Assembly: GCA_965231215.1 (NCBI GenBank)
Contig: OZ246423.1
Coordinates: forward strand, 288,001-352,000
DNA length: 64,000 nucleotides
Direction of reading: 5' to 3'
Source: Candidatus Altimarinota bacterium
GTDB taxonomy: Bacteria; Patescibacteriota; Gracilibacteria; UBA4473
Shown piece after piece: positions 40,301-49,027 of the stretch; the stretch's first letter is position 1, and each line of letters opens with the position of its first letter. The notes beneath the pieces are model-generated. The model saw only the letters and a program-made list of their open reading frames with translations, was not told the origin of the DNA and did no database searches. The position numbers were made by a program, and so were the translations under genes.

Positions 40301-42301
40301 ATGAAGAAAAAAAGAAAAATTTCCATAAAATACACCAAGGCAAGAACGATTTTATCTGATGTTTTGCCTTATGAAATTCCTGTAATTTTTTCCAACAGAC
40401 ATTTCTATCGTTTTCTAAATAATTTTGAGCCGAACATTTCAAAAAAGTTGGTATCAATAGAAAAAAACAAAGAAAACAAAGTAGCTGCTGAATTAGCAAA
40501 TCTTATTTTTGGTGAAGATCATACAACTATTCCTTTTCTCTATAATATTACGCATAAAGGGGATGATTTCCGACAATTAACGCTGATTCACCCAAGAAAC
40601 CAAGTCGCTGTGATTGATTTTTACGAAGAATATAAAGACCTTCTTCTCTACTATTGCTCAATAAGCCCTTTTTCTATTAGATATCCAGAAAGAGTTGCTA
40701 AACTAACTTATTTTAGAGATAAGGTTCATCAAGAAAACCTTTCTACTGAACATGAACACGAACTTCTTGAAGAAAGGAATCGAGAATATGAAAATCTAAA
40801 AACTTTTTTTGTATACAAGAACTACAGCAATATTCACAGATTTTACGAATCATTTAAATATCATAGGTGTGAAAAAAAATATAATCGTCTTGTTAAATTT
40901 GATATACAAAAGTGTTTTGAAAGTATTTATACACATTCAATCTGTTGGGCAACTTTAAATAAAAAAATAGTAAAAGATAACCTAGGAAATAATAAAACGG
41001 AAAATACATTTGGAGGTAAATTTGATAGGTTAATGCAAAATTTAAATTACTCTGAAACAAATGGTATCGTTATTGGACCAGAGTTTTCCAGGATATTTTC
41101 AGAAATAATTCTTCAAAAAATAGATAAAGATGTATTAGCCGCACTTGAAGAGTCTACCAATCTAAAACATAAAGTTGATTTTGAAATATTTCGTTACGTT
41201 GATGATTACTTTCTTTTTTACAATAAAGAAGAAGATAGAGAGATAATTATGACAATATTTAAGCTGAATCTGAAAGAATATAAACTTCAGATTAGCAGAG
41301 AGAAGACTGAGATCTACGATAAACCAATTATTACATTGATCACTATAGCAAAACAGCAAATTAGGGATTTATTAAATGAATATCTTTCTTTTTCCTTAGA
41401 TGAAAAAGATGATCCAAATAAAAAAATATCCATATATGTAAGTTCAAATGCTCTTATTACTAAATTCAAAACAATACTAAAGCAAACAGAAGTTGAATAT
41501 AAAGACATTTTGAATTACACGCTGGCTATTATAGACCGTAAAATCGTTAAGATTTTGAAAGATTTTAAAGAAAATAAATTTGAAGAAAAAAAGTTAATAA
41601 ATGCTTTGTTTGAGATTCTTGAATTTACATTTTTTGTTTACTCTGTTTTCCCTAAAGTAAATACCACAGTTAAGTTATGCCACATTTTAAGCAAAATAAC
41701 AAACTTCATAAGTAAGAATCCTAAGAAAATTAATATTGATCATGCGCACCTCTTGAAAAAAAAGATATTTGATGAAGCTTATTTGGTCTTAAAAAAGAAT
41801 AAAACTAAATCACATATTCAAATCGAAACGCTTTATTTATTGATTGTTTTACAAGAGCTCGGAAAAGAATATCTCTTAGATCAAGAAGTTTTACGAGATT
41901 ACTTCAATCCAGATCAAAAAAAGAATTGGGAAGAGGTTGATTTAGAATATTTTTCAATAGTCGTTTTACTTTTCTACATTAAAAACAAAAAGAGGTATGA
42001 AGACCTAAAGAATCAATTAAGAGTTATCATTTTAGAAAAATTTAAGAAATCTAATGTGACAGATAGACACAAAAAATCAGAACTAGTATTACTGCTTTTA
42101 GATCTCCTTAGTTGTCCATACTTAGAGGAATCGTTTAAAAAAGAATTATTAGAACTTAGAAAAATAACGAATAATCAAACAAAAGAGCAAATAATCGCTT
42201 GGGGAAAGAAAGAAAAAGAGAATAGATATTGGTTTGTGAAATGGGAAGGATTTAACTTAGAAAAAGAATTAGATGCAAAGAAAGGTCAGGAAGTTTACTA
42301 A
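40301..42301 (+). CDS. drt3b: Antiphage reverse transcriptase, DRT3 subunit b (UG8-like)
   Basis: LSDVLPYEIPVIFSN, FDIQKCFESIYTHS, GIVIGPEFSRIFSE, RYVDDY; 10 bp downstream of drt3a. Confidence 0.88.
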   Translation: MKKKRKISIKYTKARTILSDVLPYEIPVIFSNRHFYRFLNNFEPNISKKLVSIEKNKENKVAAELANLIFGEDHTTIPFLYNITHKGDDFRQLTLIHPRNQVAVIDFYEEYKDLLLYYCSISPFSIRYPERVAKLTYFRDKVHQENLSTEHEHELLEERNREYENLKTFFVYKNYSNIHRFYESFKYHRCEKKYNRLVKFDIQKCFESIYTHSICWATLNKKIVKDNLGNNKTENTFGGKFDRLMQNLNYSETNGIVIGPEFSRIFSEIILQKIDKDVLAALEESTNLKHKVDFEIFRYVDDYFLFYNKEEDREIIMTIFKLNLKEYKLQISREKTEIYDKPIITLITIAKQQIRDLLNEYLSFSLDEKDDPNKKISIYVSSNALITKFKTILKQTEVEYKDILNYTLAIIDRKIVKILKDFKENKFEEKKLINALFEILEFTFFVYSVFPKVNTTVKLCHILSKITNFISKNPKKINIDHAHLLKKKIFDEAYLVLKKNKTKSHIQIETLYLLIVLQELGKEYLLDQEVLRDYFNPDQKKNWEEVDLEYFSIVVLLFYIKNKKRYEDLKNQLRVIILEKFKKSNVTDRHKKSELVLLLLDLLSCPYLEESFKKELLELRKITNNQTKEQIIAWGKKEKENRYWFVKWEGFNLEKELDAKKGQEVY

Positions 42302-42304
42302 ATA

Positions 42305-42436
42305 AGATATTGGAATATAATAGGTTTGTTCGACTCCGTCTAAACTCCAATTCACACACAAGTCGACGTTTCCTTCTTTTGTTTAAAACAATGAAAGATT
42401 GAACAATAAAGTAGCAGGGACGGGCTACTTTTTTTT
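42305..42436 (+). ncRNA. Putative DRT3-associated structured ncRNA with an ACACAC tract
   Basis: Directly follows drt3b; several complementary segments, CACACACA at 42353-42360, ends in a terminator. Boundaries approximate. Confidence 0.7.
42408..42436 (+). terminator. Intrinsic terminator of the DRT3 locus
   Basis: AAAGTAGC-agggacgg-GCTACTTT followed by a T run. Confidence 0.8.
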
Positions 42437-42691
42437 GTAAAATTTTTTTTTGGGAATAAGAAAAATATCACAATGTAATTTCCACTTAGTGCCCCTTCGT
42501 CCTAGGTACACGGGTCTGTCTGCCTTCTTTTCCGCCGATCCAATCCCACAAAGCATACAGAAAAAACGGGTCTAGAACCCTTAGAATATTTCTGTACGTG
42601 GATCACTATGATGCATAGTGTACGTAATGGCTGACTACTCGGGTCTAGAAACAAAAATGAGACAAATAAGACAGTATAAAAAAGGAGTGTC

Positions 42692-42910
42692 TCAAACGTG
42701 GAATCGTTTATCAGTCTTAGATTTTTCCAGTCTGCGTTTCTGAAATTCTCTTACCGCTTCTTCGGGAAAGATCCAACCCGCTGAAGTTCTTTGGGCTGGA
42801 ATAAGTTTATCGCTTATAATACGTTGGATAAAACTACGCGAGACGTTCAGGATTCGCTGAACATCTTTTGAACCAACCAGTTTTACGCCATTAAAATAAT
42901 CTTTCTCCAT
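42692..42910 (-). CDS. Small excisionase/MerR-like helix-turn-helix protein
   Basis: SKDVQRILNVSRSFIQRII...IPAQRTSAGWIF. Confidence 0.75.
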   Translation of the reverse strand: MEKDYFNGVKLVGSKDVQRILNVSRSFIQRIISDKLIPAQRTSAGWIFPEEAVREFQKRRLEKSKTDKRFHV

Positions 42911-42999
42911 ACGATGGTTTTTGTCTTGCCATTGTATGTTGAATCTGGCTTAATATCAGTGTGCAATTGCATACTAATTTTATAACCTGATATTTTCTC

Positions 43000-44064
43000 A
43001 TGAATAACAAAGAAAAACCGAAATCAAAAACGAGAATATGGCGCTGGATTGGCCTCTATATCATCATTTCATTTCTGGCAGGACTAACCATCGCCTTACC
43101 ACCAGTCGGAGGTCTTTTGAGTATTTGGTTTATCTGGAGTTGGAATAAGCAAGATAAAAAGACTAAAGAATTGATAGGTAATATTAAATCACACCCTTGG
43201 CGTATAGCCTTTACGGTTTTAGTGGCTTTAGCCATGTTTGCAAAATCCAGCTCAATGTTACTTGGGACTTTAGTGATACTTTTACTAATTTGGCTGTTTC
43301 CAAATACAGAAAAAGAAACTTTGGTAGAAAGATTAAAAGGCTTCAAATCACATAAAGTAAAAACAGGAGTGTCCACCTTCTTGCTACTAGTAGGAGGAGT
43401 AATGACCATCGGTCTTCATAGCTCAGAAAAACTGATCCAAGAGCAGAAAGAATTTATTGAGTCATATCCAACCCCTGTAATCCAAGTAGAGAGCATTCCC
43501 CATCAAGGAGCGAATACTGAGTATGATCTGACTTTTACGGTAAAAGATACAGAAAGCGTTAGGATCAATGGAAAACCGATAGAAGTTCTTGAAGGAAATA
43601 TTGACTATAAAGTGTCTCTAAACCAACCGACAACGAACTTAAAGATCGAAGCTAAAAATCAGCATAAGCAGGCAACAAAAGATATTATTATCCAAAGAGA
43701 TAAAACCGAAGCTGAATTAATAGCTGAGGAAGAAGAAAGAAAAAGACAAGCTGAACTGGCTAAACAAAAAGCGGAAGCCGAAAGGCTCGTAGAACTAAAC
43801 AGCGTCAGTGATTCTGAAGCTTACGTCATGGCCCAAGGTTTTGTGAAGGCTATGCTGAAGTCTCCTAAAACAGCTGATTTCCCCTTTCTAGATTACAGTC
43901 ATAGAAACTTAGGCGATGGGAAATGGATTATTCAATCTTATGTGGATTCACAAAACGGTTTCGGAGCGATGATACGAACTCAATATCAAGTAGAGATGCA
44001 ATTTAACGGCGGTGATTGGGCAGAACAAAGAAATTGGACTCTACTAGATATATCCACTCAGTAG
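43000..44064 (+). CDS. Membrane protein with an Ig-like domain and a conserved C-terminal domain
   Basis: N-terminal TM helices; LKSPKTADFP...YVDSQNGFGAMIRTQY. Confidence 0.75.
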   Translation: MNNKEKPKSKTRIWRWIGLYIIISFLAGLTIALPPVGGLLSIWFIWSWNKQDKKTKELIGNIKSHPWRIAFTVLVALAMFAKSSSMLLGTLVILLLIWLFPNTEKETLVERLKGFKSHKVKTGVSTFLLLVGGVMTIGLHSSEKLIQEQKEFIESYPTPVIQVESIPHQGANTEYDLTFTVKDTESVRINGKPIEVLEGNIDYKVSLNQPTTNLKIEAKNQHKQATKDIIIQRDKTEAELIAEEEERKRQAELAKQKAEAERLVELNSVSDSEAYVMAQGFVKAMLKSPKTADFPFLDYSHRNLGDGKWIIQSYVDSQNGFGAMIRTQYQVEMQFNGGDWAEQRNWTLLDISTQ

Positions 44065-44073
44065 AAAATTTAA

Positions 44074-44114
44074 TTGACACAAATCTCCAATACCTATACC
44101 CTAGGTATAGGTAT
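44074..44114 (+). promoter_or_regulatory. Promoter -35 (TTGACA) and CsoR-type operator ATACCTATACC-CTA-GGTATAGGTAT
   Basis: Perfect 11-3-11 inverted repeat at 44090-44114 directly upstream of the repressor gene. Confidence 0.8.
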
Positions 44115-44125
44115 AAAAAATTGTC

Positions 44126-44407
44126 ATGATTATTCCAGAATATAAGAAGCAACTACAAACAGCCCTTAAAAAGGTGCAAGGAACTTTGACAAAAGTGGAT
44201 AAAATGGTTGAATCTGAAGAATACTGCCCAAAAACAGTCCAAATGATTAGTGCCGCCGAAGGTTTACTTCGAGGAGCAAAGCTTAAGATACTTGAAAACC
44301 ACCTGCAAACCTGTGGACATAAGAAAATGGCTTCAGCAAATGAAGAAGATCGGGCTGATTTTGCTAAAGAGCTCATTAAAATTTTAGATGTCTCATCTCG
44401 TAAATAA
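44126..44407 (+). CDS. CsoR/RcnR family metal-sensing repressor
   Basis: LKKVQG...MVE..EYC..Q...ILENHLQTC (C-H-C ligands). Confidence 0.88.
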   Translation: MIIPEYKKQLQTALKKVQGTLTKVDKMVESEEYCPKTVQMISAAEGLLRGAKLKILENHLQTCGHKKMASANEEDRADFAKELIKILDVSSRK

Positions 44408-44408
44408 A

Positions 44409-44954
44409 ATGGAACATAATCACCACCATCACGATCTCCCTGAAAAAAGCCTAAAAACTTACTGGCCACTCATTTTGGTCTTGCTTTTTGTAATTGGTGG
44501 AACGCTTCACTTTGGCTGGCTTCGAGGTGATTACAATCTGTGGATGACGGATTTTAGTGATTCATTTGATCCCCGAAATTGGATGACTGATTTTATGGGA
44601 CTGTTTTTCTTGTTTTTTGCTTTTTTCAAACTGCTAGATGTAAAAGCATTTGCAGATGCCTATCGAAGTTACGATATCCCGACTAAACTTTGGCCAACTT
44701 GGGGTTACATTTACCCCTTTGTTGAACTTGCTTTTGCTATGCTCCTGCTTCACAGAATTGAATTATTTTGGACAAACATCGCCATTGTCATCGTACTCAG
44801 TGTGAGCATTATTGGCGTGATTCAAAGTGTTATGAAGAAACGTAAAATTCAATGTGCCTGTCTTGGAACAGGGTTCAATCTGCCAATGAGTCAGGTAACT
44901 ATTATTGAAGATGGAGCTATGATTCTCATGGCCGTACTTATGCTCGTCCTATAG
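44409..44954 (+). CDS. MauE/DoxX-like heavy-metal-associated membrane protein
   Basis: His-rich N-terminus, FFKLLDVKAFA, YPFVE, IQCACLG, IIED. Confidence 0.8.
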   Translation: MEHNHHHHDLPEKSLKTYWPLILVLLFVIGGTLHFGWLRGDYNLWMTDFSDSFDPRNWMTDFMGLFFLFFAFFKLLDVKAFADAYRSYDIPTKLWPTWGYIYPFVELAFAMLLLHRIELFWTNIAIVIVLSVSIIGVIQSVMKKRKIQCACLGTGFNLPMSQVTIIEDGAMILMAVLMLVL

Positions 44955-44992
44955 ACATAAACCTAAGAAACCTTTATTCTTCTAATCGAAAG

Positions 44993-45382
44993 ATGAAAAC
45001 AATTTTAGCCCTAACCGCTCTCTCCTCGAAGCTCACCATGCTTCTGTGTGTGAGTTGTATGGGGTTATTTAGTGTTGTTCAAGATTCTTTCGCGGCCGAT
45101 ATGCCACCTTGTCATCAAGAAGTAGTACAAGAAGATGAAGCCAAAGAACCTTGTGAAGTGTGTGAAACGGCTCTTGAAGCGTGGGAAGAAAATGCAGTGG
45201 CTACTTCTGATATTCAGACGGTCAAAGTTACAGAACTCACTTTTGTAACCGATAATGTTCTTGAAAATTTTGTACTAGAACTAAAACCTTTAGAAGGTGT
45301 TTACCAAGCTTATTATCCTCCGCCACAAGTTTTATTGAAGGCGGTTACTCCAAATACCAAGACCATAGTGTTGTTGTCTTAG
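44993..45382 (+). CDS. Small secreted or membrane Cys-containing protein
   Basis: Hydrophobic N-terminus, MPPCH, CEVC, PPP near the end. Confidence 0.6.
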   Translation: MKTILALTALSSKLTMLLCVSCMGLFSVVQDSFAADMPPCHQEVVQEDEAKEPCEVCETALEAWEENAVATSDIQTVKVTELTFVTDNVLENFVLELKPLEGVYQAYYPPPQVLLKAVTPNTKTIVLLS

Positions 45383-45494
45383 TTTTTTTCCCTCTTACGA
45401 TCTTTTTTGATTCGTAAGAGTATTTTTGTGTCTGAAAGTATGTTTCTTTCAGTCTTTCTTTTATTTGTTTATTTATTTTTAATTATAAAATTTC

Positions 45495-45884
45495 ATGAAA
45501 AAATCACTTATCGCTTTCGTTCTCCTTACTTCTTTAACACTTGTTGGTTGTGGACAAAAACCAATGACTGATGCAGATATGGCCGCTAAGTATGGACTCT
45601 CCCTTGAAGAGTACCAAGAACAAAAAGAAGCCGCTGCTCGAATGAATATGAGCATTGAAGATCATCTAAACATGGGACACGGAGGTGATCATGGAAGCAC
45701 AGACCAAGAAGATGTGCCAGAGGGATATCACATGATGCCTGATGGAACCATGATGAAAAACGAAGATATGAATCATGATATGGATGAAAAGTCAGATTCA
45801 GACATGGATTCACATGAAAAAGCCGCTGCTGATATGGGAATGACTCTCGAAGAACATGAAGCCGCTGGACACCCTGGTCACTAA
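45495..45884 (+). CDS. His/Met-rich lipoprotein, putative Cu chaperone
   Basis: Lipobox LVGC; HMMPDGTMM and repeated M/L-S/T-xE-E/D-H units. Confidence 0.75.
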   Translation: MKKSLIAFVLLTSLTLVGCGQKPMTDADMAAKYGLSLEEYQEQKEAAARMNMSIEDHLNMGHGGDHGSTDQEDVPEGYHMMPDGTMMKNEDMNHDMDEKSDSDMDSHEKAAADMGMTLEEHEAAGHPGH

Positions 45885-45895
45885 ACTGCTTAATT

Positions 45896-47608
45896 ATGAA
45901 AAAATTAATATACCAAAAACGATATTTAATCCTTGGGGTTCTGGGGATAATAGTTTTAGTAGGACTTGGTAGTTGGTATTTCAACTCAAATGATTCTTCC
46001 AAAAATACTTTCTCTAAAAAAGAGAATGTTTGGGAAACGGTTGAAGTAAAAAACGCCAAAGATTTTTCTTCAATTAAAATCCCTGCCAAAGCTAAATCGA
46101 ATCAATTTGCCGTTATTTCTCCAAGGAGAACTGGAATTATTCAAGATTTATTGGTGGATATAGGCGATGAAGTCTATAAAGGGCAAACTATCGGATCAAT
46201 GCTCCCAGAGGGAGTAGAAGGGCAAAGTTCTGCTGCTATTAATGAAGCAAGTGCTAGACTTCAAAAAGCACGAGCCGAACTTGCCAACTCTAAGGGAGTG
46301 GCTGTTGATGCTGTTTCTGTCGCCACTAAACAATGGAGGGAAAGCAACCTACAATCAACAACTCAATCAAACTTAGGAGCAGAAACTCAAAAACAACTAG
46401 CCGAAAAGAAATCCGAAGCCATTTTAGTAGCGACTCAGGCCTGGGAAAACACAAAGCTGGTACTCTTTGGTAATGGAGCGAATAGAGGGTCTCGTGACGT
46501 TCGTGGTAACTTCTCGGACTCAATACAAGAGACGAAAGTAGAAAACCTAGCGAATGAAATACAGCGCATGGAAGAATCTGGTCAGTGGAATAATCCTGAT
46601 CGGATTGTGGAACACCTATCGCATCTTGAGAGCTTTCTGGTTCAGGCAGAAACTTTGTATAAAAATGCTCGAGAAGGCAGTGGGGTTACCGCTTCTCAAA
46701 TCAGTAGTAATCTAAGTACTATTCAGGCTCAACAGCTCCGAGTTACACAAGTGAAGCAATCAATTTTAGCTCTAGAAGAAAAAAGTCAGCGTTTTTCCTC
46801 AGTTCAAGCCGAGCGTGAAGCTGGAGCAGAACGATCTCGTGAAGTGTTGGACTTAGTACAGTCACAGCAAGACTTGAGCATTACCCAAGCGGAAAAGAAT
46901 GTAGAAGTCGCTTTAGCGAATTACAATGCAGCTCTAGTGAAAGCTGGACATCAATCTATCACTTCGCCTTTTAGTGGAGTTATTACGGCTCGAATGACTG
47001 AAGTAGGGCAAGCCGTTACGATTAATATGCCACTCTTTTATCTTGAAGGAGCTCAAACTGCTAGAAGTCAGGAAGCTTTATCTGAAATTCATTTCAGCTT
47101 ACCTGAGTCATGGCGAAAAAAAGTTTCTGTTGGAGACATGGTCACACTCAAAACCGTTGAAGGAGAGTCTTTCGAAGGAACTATTTTTCGTCTTAGTGAA
47201 CATATCAACTTAGAAAGCAATAGCATTATGGCTACCGCTACGGCTTTTGAAAAAACCTATGAAGAAGTTGTTATCGAAGACGAAACTGAAGAAGAAACAT
47301 CTACGGAGGAATCGCAAGAAAAAGAAATGAAGGAGATTGTAACTCCAGTGGATTTTGAACACGGACAAAGTTTGTTTGTCTATGTGACGGCTTCTGACAG
47401 TAATATCTTTACGGTTCCAACTTTGGCTTTGAAAAAACGAAGTAACAATTACTTCCTTTGGAAAATGGAGGAAGAAAATCCTATTCAACTTGAGGTTGAA
47501 ATAATGGCTGAAGACGGAGAATTCTCTCAAGTCTTCACCAAACAATTAAAAACAGGTGATTCTATTATTAGCAATCCATCGGTTTCTTTATTTAAACAAT
47601 CATCATGA
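45896..47608 (+). CDS. RND membrane fusion protein (CusB/HlyD-like)
   Basis: N-terminal TM, VDIGDEVYKGQ, long coiled coil, ITSPFSGVI. Confidence 0.85.
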   Translation: MKKLIYQKRYLILGVLGIIVLVGLGSWYFNSNDSSKNTFSKKENVWETVEVKNAKDFSSIKIPAKAKSNQFAVISPRRTGIIQDLLVDIGDEVYKGQTIGSMLPEGVEGQSSAAINEASARLQKARAELANSKGVAVDAVSVATKQWRESNLQSTTQSNLGAETQKQLAEKKSEAILVATQAWENTKLVLFGNGANRGSRDVRGNFSDSIQETKVENLANEIQRMEESGQWNNPDRIVEHLSHLESFLVQAETLYKNAREGSGVTASQISSNLSTIQAQQLRVTQVKQSILALEEKSQRFSSVQAEREAGAERSREVLDLVQSQQDLSITQAEKNVEVALANYNAALVKAGHQSITSPFSGVITARMTEVGQAVTINMPLFYLEGAQTARSQEALSEIHFSLPESWRKKVSVGDMVTLKTVEGESFEGTIFRLSEHINLESNSIMATATAFEKTYEEVVIEDETEEETSTEESQEKEMKEIVTPVDFEHGQSLFVYVTASDSNIFTVPTLALKKRSNNYFLWKMEEENPIQLEVEIMAEDGEFSQVFTKQLKTGDSIISNPSVSLFKQSS

Positions 47609-48111
47609 AAAAATTACTATTATTACTTATTCTTACCGCTGTATTCATCACTGGATGTAGCCAGCAAAAAACCACGTCCACCCAAGAACTTGGGGGACAA
47701 ATTCAAGCTCAAGATGGTTTACTCTACGACTTTGGCAGTATCGACATCAATGGAGGGATTGTTTCTAAAACTTTCCAATTCAAAAATACAGACACCAAAC
47801 CTTTAGCCATTTATGAAGCTACAACTTCTTGTGGGTGTACTATGGGAGAAATCAAAGTTGGAGCAAAAACTTATGGGCCGTTTGGAATGCACAACCAAAC
47901 CAAGCAGACCATTGAAGTGCCCGCTCAAAGTGACTTCAGTGTCACTATTTCTTACGATCCCTTATTTCATGGGCCAACTGATTTAGGGGAAAGACAAAGA
48001 ACATTGTTCCTCTTTTCTAGTGCTGAAGTCGATGGAAAAGTTGTCAGAAATTACCAAGGAAAACCAAATTTCACCGAAATCAGTGTTCGGGGGAATGTGA
48101 TTAAAAACTAA
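47605..48111 (+). CDS. DUF1573-like lipoprotein
   Basis: ITGC lipobox, YDFG, FKN, TSCGCT. Confidence 0.75.
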   Translation: MKKLLLLLILTAVFITGCSQQKTTSTQELGGQIQAQDGLLYDFGSIDINGGIVSKTFQFKNTDTKPLAIYEATTSCGCTMGEIKVGAKTYGPFGMHNQTKQTIEVPAQSDFSVTISYDPLFHGPTDLGERQRTLFLFSSAEVDGKVVRNYQGKPNFTEISVRGNVIKN

Positions 48112-48138
48112 ATATTCTACATTTCTAATTTTAAACCT

Positions 48139-49017
48139 ATGTCATCTTGTTCACACCATCATCATAGTCACGAAACTAAAAACTTAGGCCTGGTATTTCT
48201 GCTCAATTTTGGTTTTGCGATTCTTGAATTTATTGGTGGAATACTAAGCCAAAGCACAGCGCTGCTTTCTGACGCTATCCACGATATGGGTGACGCTTTA
48301 GCCATTGCCCTTGCTTGGATATTTGCCAAGGTTGGACAGCGAGGACGAAGCCAAAAGTTTTCTTATGGTTATAAGCGATTTTCTCTATTAAGTGCGTTAA
48401 TTGCCAGCCTGATTTTAGTTTTTGGGGCAATAGCCATGATTGTTTTAGCTGTTAGTAGGTTGCAAGCCCCGGTCGAGGTTCATAGCGACTTAATGATTCT
48501 GTTCGCTATTCTGGGAGTAGCGGTTAATGGCTTTGCTGTTCTAAAAATGAGGTCTGGTAAAACCCTTAACGAACAGGTTATTTCATTTCATCTACTTGAA
48601 GATTTACTGAGTTGGGTAGCTGTATTGATTGGCGCGGTCGTTATTTATTTCACAGACTGGTATTGGCTTGATCCAGTGATGGCAATTGGAATTTCTCTGT
48701 GGATTTTTGTACATGGACTGCAAAAAGGAAGCCAAGCAGCTCAATTGTTTTTACAATCCGTCCCTAACGGTGTTGATCAAGCCGTATTATTAAAGGCTCT
48801 GAAAAAGATTCCTCAAGTACAAGAAATTCACGATTTACATCTGTGGTCGCTAGATGGAGAATCAAATATAGGTTCGTGTCACATAGTGATCAACAAAAAT
48901 ACAGATGCTGAGCTTTTAAAGCAGAAAATCAGAATGTGTTTTGCTCATAACAATGTTCAACACGTGACTATCGAACTAGAAACTCCAGAGGAAGAATGTC
49001 CTCACCAAAAATGCTAA
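48139..49017 (+). CDS. Cation diffusion facilitator (CzcD/ZitB-like)
   Basis: His-rich N-terminus, LLSDAIHD, FSYGYKR, HLLED, IHDLHLWSL. Confidence 0.93.
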   Translation: MSSCSHHHHSHETKNLGLVFLLNFGFAILEFIGGILSQSTALLSDAIHDMGDALAIALAWIFAKVGQRGRSQKFSYGYKRFSLLSALIASLILVFGAIAMIVLAVSRLQAPVEVHSDLMILFAILGVAVNGFAVLKMRSGKTLNEQVISFHLLEDLLSWVAVLIGAVVIYFTDWYWLDPVMAIGISLWIFVHGLQKGSQAAQLFLQSVPNGVDQAVLLKALKKIPQVQEIHDLHLWSLDGESNIGSCHIVINKNTDAELLKQKIRMCFAHNNVQHVTIELETPEEECPHQKC

Positions 49018-49027
49018 AGAATAAATT

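Noticed and set aside
38962-42301. Retron, group II intron or DGR interpretation of the RTs
   Set aside because: No maturase/endonuclease domain, no upstream msr-msd inverted repeats, no template/variable repeat pair; the motifs fit the UG3/UG8 pair.
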